From NCBI GenBank assembly GCA_963844715.1, contig CAWJPJ010000007.1:1152001-1216000 (forward strand): DNA of 64,000 bases, written 5' to 3'. The notes under the pieces were generated by a model. It searched no databases, was not told the origin of the DNA, and saw only the letters and a list, made by a program, of their open reading frames with translations. The position numbers and the translations under genes are program-made. The stretch is from an uncultured Phycisphaerales bacterium. Lineage in GTDB: Bacteria > Planctomycetota > Phycisphaerae > Tepidisphaerales > Tepidisphaeraceae. Positions within the stretch are counted from its first letter, which is position 1. Each line of letters opens with the position of its first letter. Of this stretch, positions 42,287 to 53,692 are shown piece by piece.

Positions 42287-43702
42287 ATGGGACGGTATAC
42301 TTCCCGCCCCGTGGCGACTTTTTGCGTTCAAACCCTCGGCTGTAAGGTCAACCATTACGAAAGCGAACAGATCGCCACGCTGTTGCGTTCCTGGGGTTTG
42401 ACGCAGACTCAAAATCCCGCCGCCGACCTGCGGATCGTCAATACCTGTAGTGTCACAAGCGAGGCGGCAAACAAAAGCCGCCAAAGCGTTCGCAAGGCGA
42501 TTCGCCTCCCGGTCTTGCATAATTCCCTTAATGAATCGGAGCCGGCGGCGGGGCAGCGCACGATCGTCACCGGGTGCTGGGCCACCAGCAATCCCGCCGA
42601 CGCTGCCGCAATCGCCGGCGACGACGCGGTCCTGACCCATCACGATAACATCGCCCACCGCCTCTCCTCGCTACTGTCGAGCTGGGGCTATCAGTTTAGA
42701 CGATCCGGGGAGGAAAATGTTCGACCTTTTGACGCGACCGGAACTCGATCTTTGCCCCTCTTGGACGAGCGCCAAGCCAGCCACCAGCGAGCCTTCCTGA
42801 AAATACAAGACGGCTGCGACGCCCACTGCACCTACTGCATCATTCCAACCCTGCGGCCCACCCTCTGGAGCAAACTCGTTGACGATGTGCTTGCCGAGGC
42901 GCGCCGCCTGGTCCATGCTGGGCATGTCGAGATCGTCCTCACGGGTATATTTCTGAGTGCCTACGGCCAGGCCACCGCACTGCGGCGGCGCCAAACGCGC
43001 GGCGAGCGCAGCCCCCTCGCCCTGCTTATCGAGAAACTGACCGAGATTCCCGGCCTGCGGCGACTCCGACTTTCCAGCCTCGAGCCAGGCGATCTCCACG
43101 ACGATCTTTTGGACGCGCTCTGCGCCAGCCGGCAGGTCGTCCCCCATTTCCATCTCCCCCTGCAGAGCGGGTCCGACCGCATCCTGAGGCGTATGAATCG
43201 CCAGTACACCCGCGACGGCTATTTTCGCATGATCGAAAAAGTGCAGTCCTCATTTGATCAGCCGGCAATCACCACCGACATTATCGCCGGTTTCCCGGGT
43301 GAAACCGACGAGGATTTTCGCCAAACCTTGGAAGCGGCCCAATTTGCCCGCTTCGTTCACATCCACGCCTTCCCATTTTCTCCCCGCCCGGGCACCGCGG
43401 CTGCCCGCTGGAAAAACAATTTTGTCGATCCCAAAACCGCCAACATCCGAATCGACCGCCTTGCGGAACTGAGCGACCAGTTCAGCCTCGAATATCGCGG
43501 TCAGTTCCTTGGCCGAACCGTCCAATTGCTCGTGGAGCGCGACGATCCTGCCTCGCGCCGGGGGTCCCTTCGCCACGGGCGATGCGAAAGATACTTCGAC
43601 GTCCAATTCCCCGGCGAGGTTTCCACCGGTGAACTGGTCACCGTGCGCGTCGATCAGGTCACGCGCGAGCAAACCCTCGGCACCCTGGTGGAATCGCAAT
43701 GA
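42287..43702 (+). CDS. mtaB: tRNA methylthiotransferase, MtaB-like
   Basis: TLGCKVNHYES, VNTCSVT, KIQDGCDAHCTYC, HLPLQSGSD, GFPGET, FSPRPGT. Confidence 0.85.
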   Translation: MGRYTSRPVATFCVQTLGCKVNHYESEQIATLLRSWGLTQTQNPAADLRIVNTCSVTSEAANKSRQSVRKAIRLPVLHNSLNESEPAAGQRTIVTGCWATSNPADAAAIAGDDAVLTHHDNIAHRLSSLLSSWGYQFRRSGEENVRPFDATGTRSLPLLDERQASHQRAFLKIQDGCDAHCTYCIIPTLRPTLWSKLVDDVLAEARRLVHAGHVEIVLTGIFLSAYGQATALRRRQTRGERSPLALLIEKLTEIPGLRRLRLSSLEPGDLHDDLLDALCASRQVVPHFHLPLQSGSDRILRRMNRQYTRDGYFRMIEKVQSSFDQPAITTDIIAGFPGETDEDFRQTLEAAQFARFVHIHAFPFSPRPGTAAARWKNNFVDPKTANIRIDRLAELSDQFSLEYRGQFLGRTVQLLVERDDPASRRGSLRHGRCERYFDVQFPGEVSTGELVTVRVDQVTREQTLGTLVESQ

Positions 43703-44157
43703 TCTGCGTCGTTCAGCGCGTGACCGAAGCCGCCGTCCTTGTCGAAGGGCAAACCATCGGCCAAATCGCTCGCGGGACGGCGGTCCTTCTAGCAATCCAT
43801 CAAACCGATACCGACCCCGACGTCGCCTGGATGTGCCAAAAACTCGCCGGCCTGCGAATCTTCCCCAACGGCGATCGCAATTTCGATCTCGACGTCTCGC
43901 AAATCGGCGGCTCCATTTTGCTCATCAGCAATTTCACAGTAGCCGCCGACGCTCAAAAGGGCCGCCGGCCTTCCCTCGCCGCCGCCGCGGAGCCCGCCGC
44001 CGCAAACGTGCTCTTCGAAAAACTTGTCCAGTCTCTTCACGAAGCGAAAATAAACGTCCAGACCGGGCAATTCGGGGCAAATATGCAAGTCAAACTCACC
44101 AACGACGGCCCGGTGACGTTTCTTCTCGATAGCCGCCCCGAGCGGGGGGACCGGTGA
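43699..44157 (+). CDS. dtd: D-aminoacyl-tRNA deacylase
   Basis: VVQRV, LRIF, SNFT, KGRRPS, TGQFGANMQV, NDGPVT. Confidence 0.95.
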   Translation: MICVVQRVTEAAVLVEGQTIGQIARGTAVLLAIHQTDTDPDVAWMCQKLAGLRIFPNGDRNFDLDVSQIGGSILLISNFTVAADAQKGRRPSLAAAAEPAAANVLFEKLVQSLHEAKINVQTGQFGANMQVKLTNDGPVTFLLDSRPERGDR

Positions 44158-45128
44158 TCTATCTCACGCCCGCAAAGATGGATTTCCAAAGCGAACGCAC
44201 CCTCGAGCGCCTTCTGCGCGATCTCGGCGAAGAATTTTCAATCACCCAATCGACGGTCGTCAATCCAATTTCCACGGCCTCGAAATTGTGGCATCACCCG
44301 CCTTCACAACCCGTCCACGCCTGGGGCGAATCCGCCTTGAAAGCCGCCGCTGTGTGCGGAATTAACCGCGTTATCTACTCGCCCCCGCCGGAAATTCACC
44401 TGCCGTTTAAATTCTCCCTGCGCATGGCCCTATGGCAGCAATCGGTTCACGTCGTTTGCCCGACGGAAGCCGCGCGTGAACTGTTCATTGAGCAGGGCAC
44501 GCCAGGCAATCGTTGCAGCGTCATCCGGCCCGAGATTGATTCCGATAGAAATCCCGCCGCCCGCGACGAAAAACTTCGGCAAGAGTTGGGATTCGAAAAT
44601 GCGGATTTCGTGACGCTATTATGCGGTGAATCAACCACCGAAAGCGAGCACCGAACCGGCGCCTGGGCCGTCAGTGTCCTCCACGTCATCGATCCGCGCT
44701 ATCGCTTGCTTGCATGGGGGCGCGGCTCGCAAACCACATCGCTCATTCGCTTCGGCGAGCGATTGGAACAACCAAAGCTTGTGACTCTGGCGCAACAAAA
44801 ACTCGCCCGAGCCGTCGAATGGGAGGAACTGGTCTCTGTTGCCGATGCGATCTTAATCCCCGGCGGGGGCCTCATCGCTACGCTTCCGATCAGCATCTGT
44901 CAGGCTTCTGGCGTCCCAATTGTCGCCCGCGCCGGACCCACAACCTCCGAGATCCTCGCTAACAATCCCAATACATCACTCGTGCCCGACGCAACGCCAA
45001 AAACCCTCGCGCAAGCCCTCTTGAAAATTTCCGAAAATGGAACCGCCCGAAAAAACGCCGCTGCGGAACATTCATCGCGATCGACAACCGATCAATGGCG
45101 TGACCTCTATCGCCGCCTCGGCGCCTGA
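44154..45128 (+). CDS. Divergent GT-B/GT4-like glycosyltransferase
   Basis: LRQELG, ADAILIP, ASGVPIVA, C-terminal WRDLYRRL. Confidence 0.55.
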   Translation: MIYLTPAKMDFQSERTLERLLRDLGEEFSITQSTVVNPISTASKLWHHPPSQPVHAWGESALKAAAVCGINRVIYSPPPEIHLPFKFSLRMALWQQSVHVVCPTEAARELFIEQGTPGNRCSVIRPEIDSDRNPAARDEKLRQELGFENADFVTLLCGESTTESEHRTGAWAVSVLHVIDPRYRLLAWGRGSQTTSLIRFGERLEQPKLVTLAQQKLARAVEWEELVSVADAILIPGGGLIATLPISICQASGVPIVARAGPTTSEILANNPNTSLVPDATPKTLAQALLKISENGTARKNAAAEHSSRSTTDQWRDLYRRLGA

Positions 45129-46631
45129 TCAGAATCTCCGATCCAGCAGCCGATATTGCACCGCTTCGGCGACGTGAGTCTCGTTAATCTGCCCCATCCC
45201 TTCCAGATCGGCGATCGTTCGCGCCACGCGCCTCACCTTGTCGTACGCCCGCGCGCTCAACCCCATTTCCGCCATCGCCTGTTTCATCAAAAGCAGGCAC
45301 CCCTCGCTCAATTCGCAGTGCGCCTTGAGCTGCTTTGAATTCATGCTCGCGTTGGTCGTCGCGTTGCCAAATCGTTTGACCTGGATTTTCCGTGCCGCTT
45401 CCACCCGCCCGCGCATCGTCGCCGAATCCGTTCCGGAATGCCGCCCGGTCAGCTCCGGATACGGAACCGTCGGGACTTCCGTATGAATATCGATGCGATC
45501 GAGCAGCGGACCACTCAATTTGTCCAGATATCGGTCCCGCGCCCGCGGATTGTCGGAGGCATATCCGCTGGCCGTCGGATTCATGGCCGCCACCAGCATA
45601 AATCGCGACGGAAAGCGCACCGACGCATGCACCCGCGCCACGGTAACCTCCCCGTTTTCCAGCGGCTGCCGCAGCGTCTCCAGGACATATCGTGAAAATT
45701 CCGGCAATTCGTCCAGGAACAGAATCCTGTGATGCGCCAGCGAAACCTCGCCCGGCCGGGGAACGGTTCCCCCGCCGATCAGCGCCTGCGCCGTCGCCGA
45801 ATGATGCGGCATACGCACCGGCCGCTCATCCAGCAGCGAAACTCCATCCGGCAATAATCCCAGCGCCGAATAAATCCGCGTAGTTTCCAGCGATTCTTCC
45901 CGGCTCAACGGCGGCAGAATCCCCGCCATGCGCTTCGCCAGCATCGTCTTCCCGGTCCCCGGCGGCCCTATCATCAACAAATTGTGCCCGCCCGCCGCCG
46001 CTACCGTCACCGCGCGCTTCACCGATTCCTGCCCCCGCACGTCCGCGAAATCCAGATCCGAATCCTCCCCAAACCCGCGCCTTCTCTCTCCATTCAACAC
46101 AAACGGCGGCAGTGGAAGCTGCTCATTCAAAAACGACACCACCTGAGACAGCGAAGACATCGCATACACATCGATCCCGTCCACCACCGCCGCCTCCGGC
46201 CCATTCTCCTCCGGCAGAATCACCCCCTCGAATCCCTTCTGCCGGGCCAACATTGCCATCGATAGCGCCCCTTTCACCTTCCGGAGCCGTCCGTCCAGTG
46301 CCAATTCCCCGGCGATCAAAAACCGCTTGTGCTTATCCTCGGAAATGAAATTCGTCCCCCGCAAAATCCCCACCGCCATCGGAAGGTCCAGCGCCGGCCC
46401 TTCTTTCTTCACGTCCGCTGGCGCAAGATTGATCAGCAGCGCATGCCCCGGAAACGCGTACCCCGAATTCAGAATCGCCCGCCGCACGCGCTCGACCGAT
46501 TCCTTCACCGCCGTCTGCGGCAACCCCACCAACGTCGTCTTGGCAAGCCCGTGATGGCTGACATCCACCTCGACTTCGCATCGCAGCGCGTCGATCCCCA
46601 CCAGCACGAATGAATTGATCTTTGCCAGCAC
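45129..46631 (-). CDS. comM: ComM/YifB Mg-chelatase-like AAA+ ATPase
   Basis: VGLPQTAVKES, NLAPADVKKEG, GELALDG, GPPGTGKT, PGEVSLAH, SGPLLDRID, SARAYDK. Confidence 0.92.
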   Translation of the reverse strand: MLAKINSFVLVGIDALRCEVEVDVSHHGLAKTTLVGLPQTAVKESVERVRRAILNSGYAFPGHALLINLAPADVKKEGPALDLPMAVGILRGTNFISEDKHKRFLIAGELALDGRLRKVKGALSMAMLARQKGFEGVILPEENGPEAAVVDGIDVYAMSSLSQVVSFLNEQLPLPPFVLNGERRRGFGEDSDLDFADVRGQESVKRAVTVAAAGGHNLLMIGPPGTGKTMLAKRMAGILPPLSREESLETTRIYSALGLLPDGVSLLDERPVRMPHHSATAQALIGGGTVPRPGEVSLAHHRILFLDELPEFSRYVLETLRQPLENGEVTVARVHASVRFPSRFMLVAAMNPTASGYASDNPRARDRYLDKLSGPLLDRIDIHTEVPTVPYPELTGRHSGTDSATMRGRVEAARKIQVKRFGNATTNASMNSKQLKAHCELSEGCLLLMKQAMAEMGLSARAYDKVRRVARTIADLEGMGQINETHVAEAVQYRLLDRRF

Positions 46632-46756
46632 CGCGGCAAAGTCTACCATCGTCGGCATCCGTGCCGCAAAAAGTGCCCGCGCCGCGCTTCGTTCGCCGGG
46701 CGTTTGCCCCGCCGCGCGTAAACGGTATAATTCCGCCATGGTTGTAAAAGTCTCCA

Positions 46757-47839
46757 ATGATCCGCTCACTTCCGCGCTCCTGCCCGCGCCCGGCCGCAAA
46801 CGTCGCCGCCAAGCTCAAAAACGCCCTCCGGGTCGGATTGTGTGGAATTGGCCGCTCCGGCGCGGGAATGGTCGCTCGCGATCTTGCCATGCTTCCCCAG
46901 ATTAAAGTCGTCGCCGGTTTCGATCTCATTGAAGATCGCGCCCGCCAGCTCTCGGCCCTATGCGGCTCGAAGGTCTACACCTCCTTCGACGCAATGCTCG
47001 AGGACAATGACATCGAACTGATCATCGTCGCCACGCGTTCCCACGAACATGTCCCCATGGCCCTCCGCGCTCTACGCGCCGGACGCGACGTCCTGGTCGA
47101 AAAGCCCATGGCGCTCGACGTGGCGGGCGCCGATAAGCTCATCGCCGCCGCAAAATCGAGCGGAAGAAAATTGTTTGTCCGCCACAATCGCCGCTTCGAC
47201 GTCCCATTTCTCCAGGCCAGGGAAATCGTCGCCGGCGGAAAACTCGGGAAACTTTTTGCCGTCCAGTTACGCCAGGGAAAATTTCAGCGCCGCGCCGATT
47301 GGCAGACCCTGAAAAAATTTGGTGGCGGCCAGCTTCTCAATTGGGGCCCGCACGTGGTCGATTGGGCCTTGCAACTCATTGGCGGAACCGCCGTGGACGT
47401 CTGGACCGATCTAAAGCTCGTCGCCGCGGCCGGCGACGCCGAAGATTACGTCAAACTCCTTCTCCGCGGCCCGACCGGAATCACCGCCGACATCGAAATC
47501 AACGGCGCTGCCGCTCTCGACCAGCCGCCGTGGCTGCTGATGGGATCCCGCGGCTCCCTCCAGATCGACGCCAAAAATCACTGCAAGTTGCGATATTTCA
47601 ACGCGAAAAAACTCGCCAAAGTCAAAGCCGACGGCGCCACGCCCACCGCCCGCGCCGGCTCCCATTTCGACGGCGGCGAGCAAATCCCCTGGATCGAGGA
47701 AGAATTCCCCGCCGCCCCAACTCGCAAGATCAATTTTTGGGTCGAACTCTATAAATCGATCCGTCGCGGTACGCCGTTTCCCGTCTCCCTGGATCAAGCG
47801 CGCGAAACCATGCGCGTCATCTCACTGGCCAAGAAGTAA
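46757..47839 (+). CDS. Gfo/Idh/MocA family oxidoreductase
   Basis: VGLCGIGRSG, VLVEKPMA, HNRRFD, GGGQLLNWGPH. Confidence 0.92.
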   Translation: MIRSLPRSCPRPAANVAAKLKNALRVGLCGIGRSGAGMVARDLAMLPQIKVVAGFDLIEDRARQLSALCGSKVYTSFDAMLEDNDIELIIVATRSHEHVPMALRALRAGRDVLVEKPMALDVAGADKLIAAAKSSGRKLFVRHNRRFDVPFLQAREIVAGGKLGKLFAVQLRQGKFQRRADWQTLKKFGGGQLLNWGPHVVDWALQLIGGTAVDVWTDLKLVAAAGDAEDYVKLLLRGPTGITADIEINGAAALDQPPWLLMGSRGSLQIDAKNHCKLRYFNAKKLAKVKADGATPTARAGSHFDGGEQIPWIEEEFPAAPTRKINFWVELYKSIRRGTPFPVSLDQARETMRVISLAKK

Positions 47840-50800
47840 TGGAGTCAACTCAACAGTTATTCGATTCCGCCCTGAACCTTCATCAGGCGGGTAAATTGCA
47901 GGAGGCGGAGGAGCTCTACCGCCGCATACTCGCCGCCTCGCCCGATGACGCCGACGTCCTGGAACTCCTCGGCATGGTCAACTTTCAGCTCGGCCGCAGG
48001 GAGGCCGCCCTCGATCTCCTCCAAAAATCCGCCGCTCTCAATCCCGACGCCCCCGATTGTCATTACCACCTCGGCATGGTTCTCAATGACCTGGGCCGCA
48101 CCGACGCCGCCATCGAAGCCTTCCGCCAGGCGACCGTTCTCAAGCCGGATTTTGCCGAGGCGTATCACCACCTCGGCCTGATCTACCGCGAAAAAAAATC
48201 AGCTCGATCTCTCCGAACGCCACTTTCACCTCGCCCTGGCGCTCAATCCGGAATATGTCGAAGCGCACAACAATCTGGCCACCGTTTTAAAATCCCGCGG
48301 CAAGCTCGACGAAGCCGTCGCCGCCTATCGGCAGGCCCTGGCCCTCCGCCCCGATCTGGCGGACGTTCATTCCAATCTCGGCAACGCCCTCAGCGCCCAG
48401 GGTAAACTCGAAGAAGCGATCGACGCCTATCGTCAGTCTCTTTCCATAAAAGCCGATAATCCCGAGATCTCCAACAAGCTGGGATTGGCGCTCATCGCAC
48501 TGAATCGCCCTCGCGAAGCCGCCGTCGCGTATCGCCGGGCGCTGGCCGACCTTCCCGACAATCCCAGCCTGCGAAACAACCTCGGCAATGCCCTCCTCAT
48601 GCAAAGCGAGCTGACCGAAGCCGTCAGCAATTTCCGCAAGGCCGTCGACGCCGACCCAAAATTCTTTCTCGCCTTTAACAATCTCGGCAACGCCCTCAAA
48701 GACCTCGGCCAGATTCCCCAGTCCATCGCCGCCTACGAGCATGCTCTCTCGCTTCGCAACGACCCTTACTTTTACTGCAACATTCTTTACACGCTTCATC
48801 TTCTTTCCCCCTACAACGCCGATGCGATCTTCCACCGCCACCAGGAGTGGAACCGCCGCTATAGCCAGACCCTCGTCGGAGAGATTTTGCCCCCGACCAA
48901 CGACCGCGACCCAAACCGCCGCCTGAAAATCGGCTATGTCTCCTCCGATTTCCGCCTCCATTCGGTGGCGTTCTTTCTTGAAAACCTCCTCGATTACCAC
49001 GATCCCCAGCAAGTCGAAGTCTTCGCCTACGCGGACGTCGGTCAGCCGGACGCCGTGACGCGAAGATTGCAGCAGTCGATCCATCAGTGGCGATCAATCT
49101 ATGGCAAGAGCGACGTCGAAGTCGCGCGGATGATCCGGCAGGACCAGATCGATATCCTCGTGGACCTCGCAGGCCACACGGCAGGCAACCGACTTCTGGT
49201 CTTCGCCCGCAAACCCGCCCCGGTTCAAATCACCTACCTCGGCTACCCGGATACGACGGGTCTGACGGCTATCGATTATCGAATGACGGACATCTACGCC
49301 GATCCCCTGGGTCAGACGGAGAAGTATCACAGCGAAAAGCTATTGAGATTGCCCCGGACCTTTGCCTGCTACCGCCCGCCAGCGGAGGCGACGGAAGTCT
49401 CGCCTCTGCCCGCGGTAACTTATGGCCGAGTCACGTTCGCCTGTTTCACGACATTGGGAAAACTTCCCCCCAATCTTCTGGATTGCTGGGCGGAGATTCT
49501 GATTCAGGTTCCGACATCGCGCCTGCTCATCGCGGCCGGTGGATTGCAATCAAACGATCTCCAAAGAGAGATTCGAAGCCACTTCGAAAGGAGGGGAATC
49601 GATCCGACTCGGCTCGATTTGATGGGCAAGCGTCCCCTGTCGGAATACTTCTCCCTGCATCATCAAGTGGACATTTATTTGGATACGTTTCCTGTGAACG
49701 GGCATACGGTGACGTGCCATGCTCTTTGGATGGGATTGCCGGTGGTGACCCTCGCCGGATCGGTGCATTGTCAAAGATTGGGGGCAAGTGTTCTAAGCAA
49801 TCTTGGGAGGGGGGAACTGATTGCCAAGAGTCCGCAGGAGTACGTCCAGATCGCCGCAAGCTTGGCGGGAGATGTTCCGAAGCTCAAAGCGATGAGATCG
49901 AATCTACGAGAAAAGATGAAATCCAGTCCGATTTTGGACGCGGCTCAATTTGCCCGGGATGTGGAGGGGGCATATCGGGAAATTTGGAAGAATTGGTGCG
50001 CATCGCCGCAGCCCACGGAAGAGGAACTCGCCTATCGGCGCGCACTCTCGCAAAACCCAAATTCACCCGAAGCGCACACCAATCTTGGCGTCGTATTTCA
50101 CGGACAAGGCCGCTGGGCCGACGCCATCGCCGAGCATGAGCAGGCCATCGCGATCCGCCCGGAATTTCCCGAGGCCCATTTTAATCTCGGCGCCGCCCTC
50201 AAGGCCGCCGGAAGCTTGGACGAAGCCATCGCCGCCTACCGCCGGTGCCTCACGCTTCAGCCCCAGCACACCGCCGCGATGAACAACCTGGCCAACGCCC
50301 TCCGCGACATCGGCCAGCTCGATGAAGCCCTATCCTTCTACAAAAAAGCTTCCGACGCCGCCCCCGAATACGACGCCCCTGCCACAAATCGCCTCTACAC
50401 CCTTTATTTTCATTCCAATTACGACGCAGCCGCCATCCTCAAGGAGCACCAGGAGTGGAGCCGCCGCCGCGCCGCCCCCTTTGCATCGAAAATCCAACCC
50501 CACACCAGCGACCTCTCTCCCGATCGGCGAATTCGCCTCGGCTACGTCTCCCCCGATTTTCGCGATCACCCCGTCGGCCTCGCTTTGGAGCCCTTGCTGG
50601 AAAATCACGATCACAATAACTTCGAAATCGTCTGTTTCGCCAATTCCGACGTGGACGACGACGTGACGCGACGCCTCCGCTCCCATGCCGATCGCTGGCA
50701 TCGGGTCTTCCAATTATCCGACGACCAGGTTGCCGACCTCATCCGCCACGAGCAGATCGACATGTTGTTCGATCTTTCCCTTCACATGGCTCACAACCGT

Positions 50801-51610
50801 TTGCTCACATTCGCGCAGAAGCCTGCCCCCGTCCAGGTGACCTATCTCGGCTATCCCGGCACCACAGGTTTGCCGACGATCGACTGCCGCATCAGCGACC
50901 CCTATCTCGATCCGCCCGGCTCCGACACGGCTTACTCCGAGCGCACAGTTCGCCTCCCGCACACATACATCTGCTGGCGCTGGAGCGGCGGCAACGAGCC
51001 CCTTTCATCCCTCCCGGCGGCGAAGAACGGTTTTATCACCTTCGGCAGTCTCAACACCTTCTGCAAAGTCACGCCTCACGCCCTCGAAACCTGGGGCAAA
51101 TTGATGAACGAAGTGAAGGATTCCCGCCTCCTTCTTCGCTGCCCGCCGGGCCAGGCCGCAAAGTGGGTTCTTCAGACCCTGTCAAAATTCGGCATCTCGG
51201 AAAGCCGCATCGAATTATCCGGCCGACTCCCCTGGGATCAGTACGTCGCCCTTTGCAAACGCCAGGACATCGGCCTCGATCCCTTCCCCTACCCCGGCCA
51301 CACCACCAGTCTCGATTCCCTCTGGCTCGGCGTCCCGTTCGTCACCCTTCGCGGCGACAACGCCGTCGCCCGGGGCGGGGCAAGTATTTTGTCCAATCTC
51401 GGTCTTTTTGATTTGATCGCCAATACCCCCGACGAGTACATTCAAATCGCGCGCAACCTGGCGGCGGATTTACCGCGACTGGCGGAACTGCGGTCCGGAC
51501 TTCGAAATCGCGTGGAGCAATCGCCCCTGACCAATGCACGGCAATTCGCCCGCGATTTTGAATCCGCCTGCCGGGAAATCTGGCAAGCTGCGTGCCGGCG
51601 GCCCGAGTGA
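47839..51610 (+). CDS. TPR protein with two SPINDLY/OGT-like (GT41) catalytic regions (frameshift in the A-run near 48195)
   Basis: TPRs, then KIGYVSSDFRLHSV..DLAGHT..KPAPVQITYLGYP..LDTFP; further TPRs; RLGYVSPDFRDHPV..KPAPVQVTYLGYP..LDPFPY. Confidence 0.9.
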
Positions 51611-51641
51611 TACGATTCCCCCCGTTTGGCAAAGGAGTGCC

Positions 51642-52508
51642 ATGCCCGGCGAAACCGATTTACACAAAAAGCTGAAGAAGGAAGCCTGCCGCTGGCTTTT
51701 CCGGATGGGATATCGCTGCATCGCCGCCGAGGTTCGCCTCGAGCCCCTGGGGATCATCGACGCCGTCGGCACCGGCGTCTTTCGCCCGAATTACAACTAT
51801 CTCGCCGTGAACCGCGCCCTTCCGCAGGTCTGCTTCGTCGAATGCAAAGCCAGCCGCGGCGATTTCCTGCGCGATCGCAGCCACGATGGCCAGATGCATC
51901 TCTGCATGATGGAGCGCCGCCGAAATCGCCGCGCAAAACGGCCATCCGCGGCTCTTTGCCAGTCCGTCGGATTGGGAAAATTCGCCTCCTGCCTCATGCA
52001 GCCGATGGCGAATCTCCACTACATCCTCGCCCCCGTGGGAATCATTCACAAAAAAGACCTTCCGCCCCGATGGGGTTTGCTCTGCTTTGGCGAAGGGGGA
52101 GTGAATATCGTCGTCAAAGCCCAATGGCAGGAGATTTCGCGGCCCGATTATGTCGAAGGCGCCATCGCCCGCACCCTCACGGGCGATATCTTCCGCGCCG
52201 ACGACCGCGCCGTGGCTTCCGTCAATCGCGAACTCTTCGCTCAGCAGATGGAACTGGCGCAGAAAATCCGCACCATCCGCCCCCGCGCCATCTGGGCGCC
52301 CCAGGGCGACCGCCCGGGATTCTCAAATCCCCCTCCGCGCGATCAAGCCGAGTTGCACAGCACCCGTAATGCTCGGCGATCGCCGCGTCCACCTGCCGGG
52401 CATCGGCGCGGACGAAGCGGACTTCCATCTGCAACCGCAGCGAAACCTCCATGTCCGGCGGGATCGCCGATCCGTCGGCGATCGCCGCCACCACCTGATT
52501 GCCCATGA
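51642..52508 (+). CDS. Putative PD-(D/E)XK nuclease-fold protein (3' end uncertain)
   Basis: HKKLK..ACRWL..G..IAAEV..IIDAVG..FVECKASRGDFLRD..LPPRWGLL. Confidence 0.6.
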   Translation: MPGETDLHKKLKKEACRWLFRMGYRCIAAEVRLEPLGIIDAVGTGVFRPNYNYLAVNRALPQVCFVECKASRGDFLRDRSHDGQMHLCMMERRRNRRAKRPSAALCQSVGLGKFASCLMQPMANLHYILAPVGIIHKKDLPPRWGLLCFGEGGVNIVVKAQWQEISRPDYVEGAIARTLTGDIFRADDRAVASVNRELFAQQMELAQKIRTIRPRAIWAPQGDRPGFSNPPPRDQAELHSTRNARRSPRPPAGHRRGRSGLPSATAAKPPCPAGSPIRRRSPPPPDCP

Positions 52509-52785
52509 CCCGCAGCGGCACCAGGCGATACTGCACCGCCACCTCGCGCGGCACCCGCGCGACCGCCTGACTGTCCACACCGAACTCCGCAAGATTCACA
52601 TACGGCGCACGATGCCCGATCTGCTGGAACCACGCCCGCCAGACGTCCACCGGCGTGCACATCCCCAGCGAGATCGCCGTCTCGCCAAATCGCCGCGGAT
52701 GCAGCGTCTGCTCCTGGAGGATCTCCTCCACGTCCAGTTCCGACAGCCGCGCGATTTCTCGCAGCTTGGTTCCGATTCGTTCCAC
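52222..52785 (-). CDS. Stand-alone MshEN/GSPII_N-like protein (3' end uncertain)
   Basis: GGAGG RBS plus GTG; RIGTKL..LSELDVEEILQEQ..RRFGETAISLG; VPREVAVQYRLVPL. Confidence 0.75.
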   Translation of the reverse strand: MERIGTKLREIARLSELDVEEILQEQTLHPRRFGETAISLGMCTPVDVWRAWFQQIGHRAPYVNLAEFGVDSQAVARVPREVAVQYRLVPLRVMGNQVVAAIADGSAIPPDMEVSLRLQMEVRFVRADARQVDAAIAEHYGCCATRLDRAEGDLRIPGGRPGAPRWRGGGWCGFSAPVPSAERRVRD

Positions 52786-52915
52786 CGCCGTCTCACCTCC
52801 GGGCACTGATGACAGTTGCCGGACTCAAAGCTACGATTCATCCGGTTCGTCTCCAAAAAGCGATGCGATTTTTCGAGCCGCTCCGCGGTCAGGTCCGAGA
52901 AAATACGGGTTTCCA

Positions 52916-53679
52916 TTGCGTCTGGTGAGCTACAACATTCTCGATGGGGGCGTCGGCCGGGCCGATCCCCTCGCCGAGGTGATCGAAGCGCAAAACCCCG
53001 ACATTGTGGTACTCGTCGAGGCCGACGATCCCGCCGTGGTCGACCGCATCGCAAGCCGCTTGAAGATGGAATCCGTGCGCGCGGAGGGCCGCAAGCACGG
53101 CGGGGCGATTCTCAGCCGCTGGCGCATCTCCGAATCAATCAACTTTAGCCTGCTGCGCGATGAATTTGCCGATTGCGTTCTTGAGGCAACCGTCGTCGAT
53201 CCCACCGGAAATCCCTGGCCCGTGACAGCCGTCCATTTGCACCCTCGCGCCAGCCTCGAGGCCGAGGCCCGCCGAATGATCGAGATCAACGCTCTGCTCG
53301 AAATCTACGCTCCCTTTCGTGAGCGCAAACAACCGCACCTCCTGGCCGGCGATTTCAACGCGAATTCCCCGATCCAGAAAATCATTCCCGAGCAATGCAA
53401 GAAGCGAACCCGCGAAGAATTCAAAGCCAATGGCGGAATGATCCCGCGTGACTGCATCCAAAAGCTTCTCGATGCCGGCTACGTCGACACCCTCCATTCC
53501 GTCGCCGGCGACGCCGCCGGATCGATCGGCAGCTTCACCACCCAATTCCCCGGCCAGCGCATCGATTATATCTTCGCTTTCGGCATCGACCCGCGCGCAT
53601 CGCCCAAGCCAAAGTCGAGCGCGACCGCCTCGCCCAGTTTGCCAGCGATCACTTTCCCGTCTTCGTGCAAATCGACTGA
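52916..53679 (+). CDS. Endonuclease/exonuclease/phosphatase family protein (frameshift near 53600)
   Basis: LRLVSYNI, PDIVVLVE, VHL, LAGDFNA, RIDYIF, and ASDHFPV in the shifted frame. Confidence 0.9.
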
Positions 53680-53692
53680 CTACAATCCGCCG

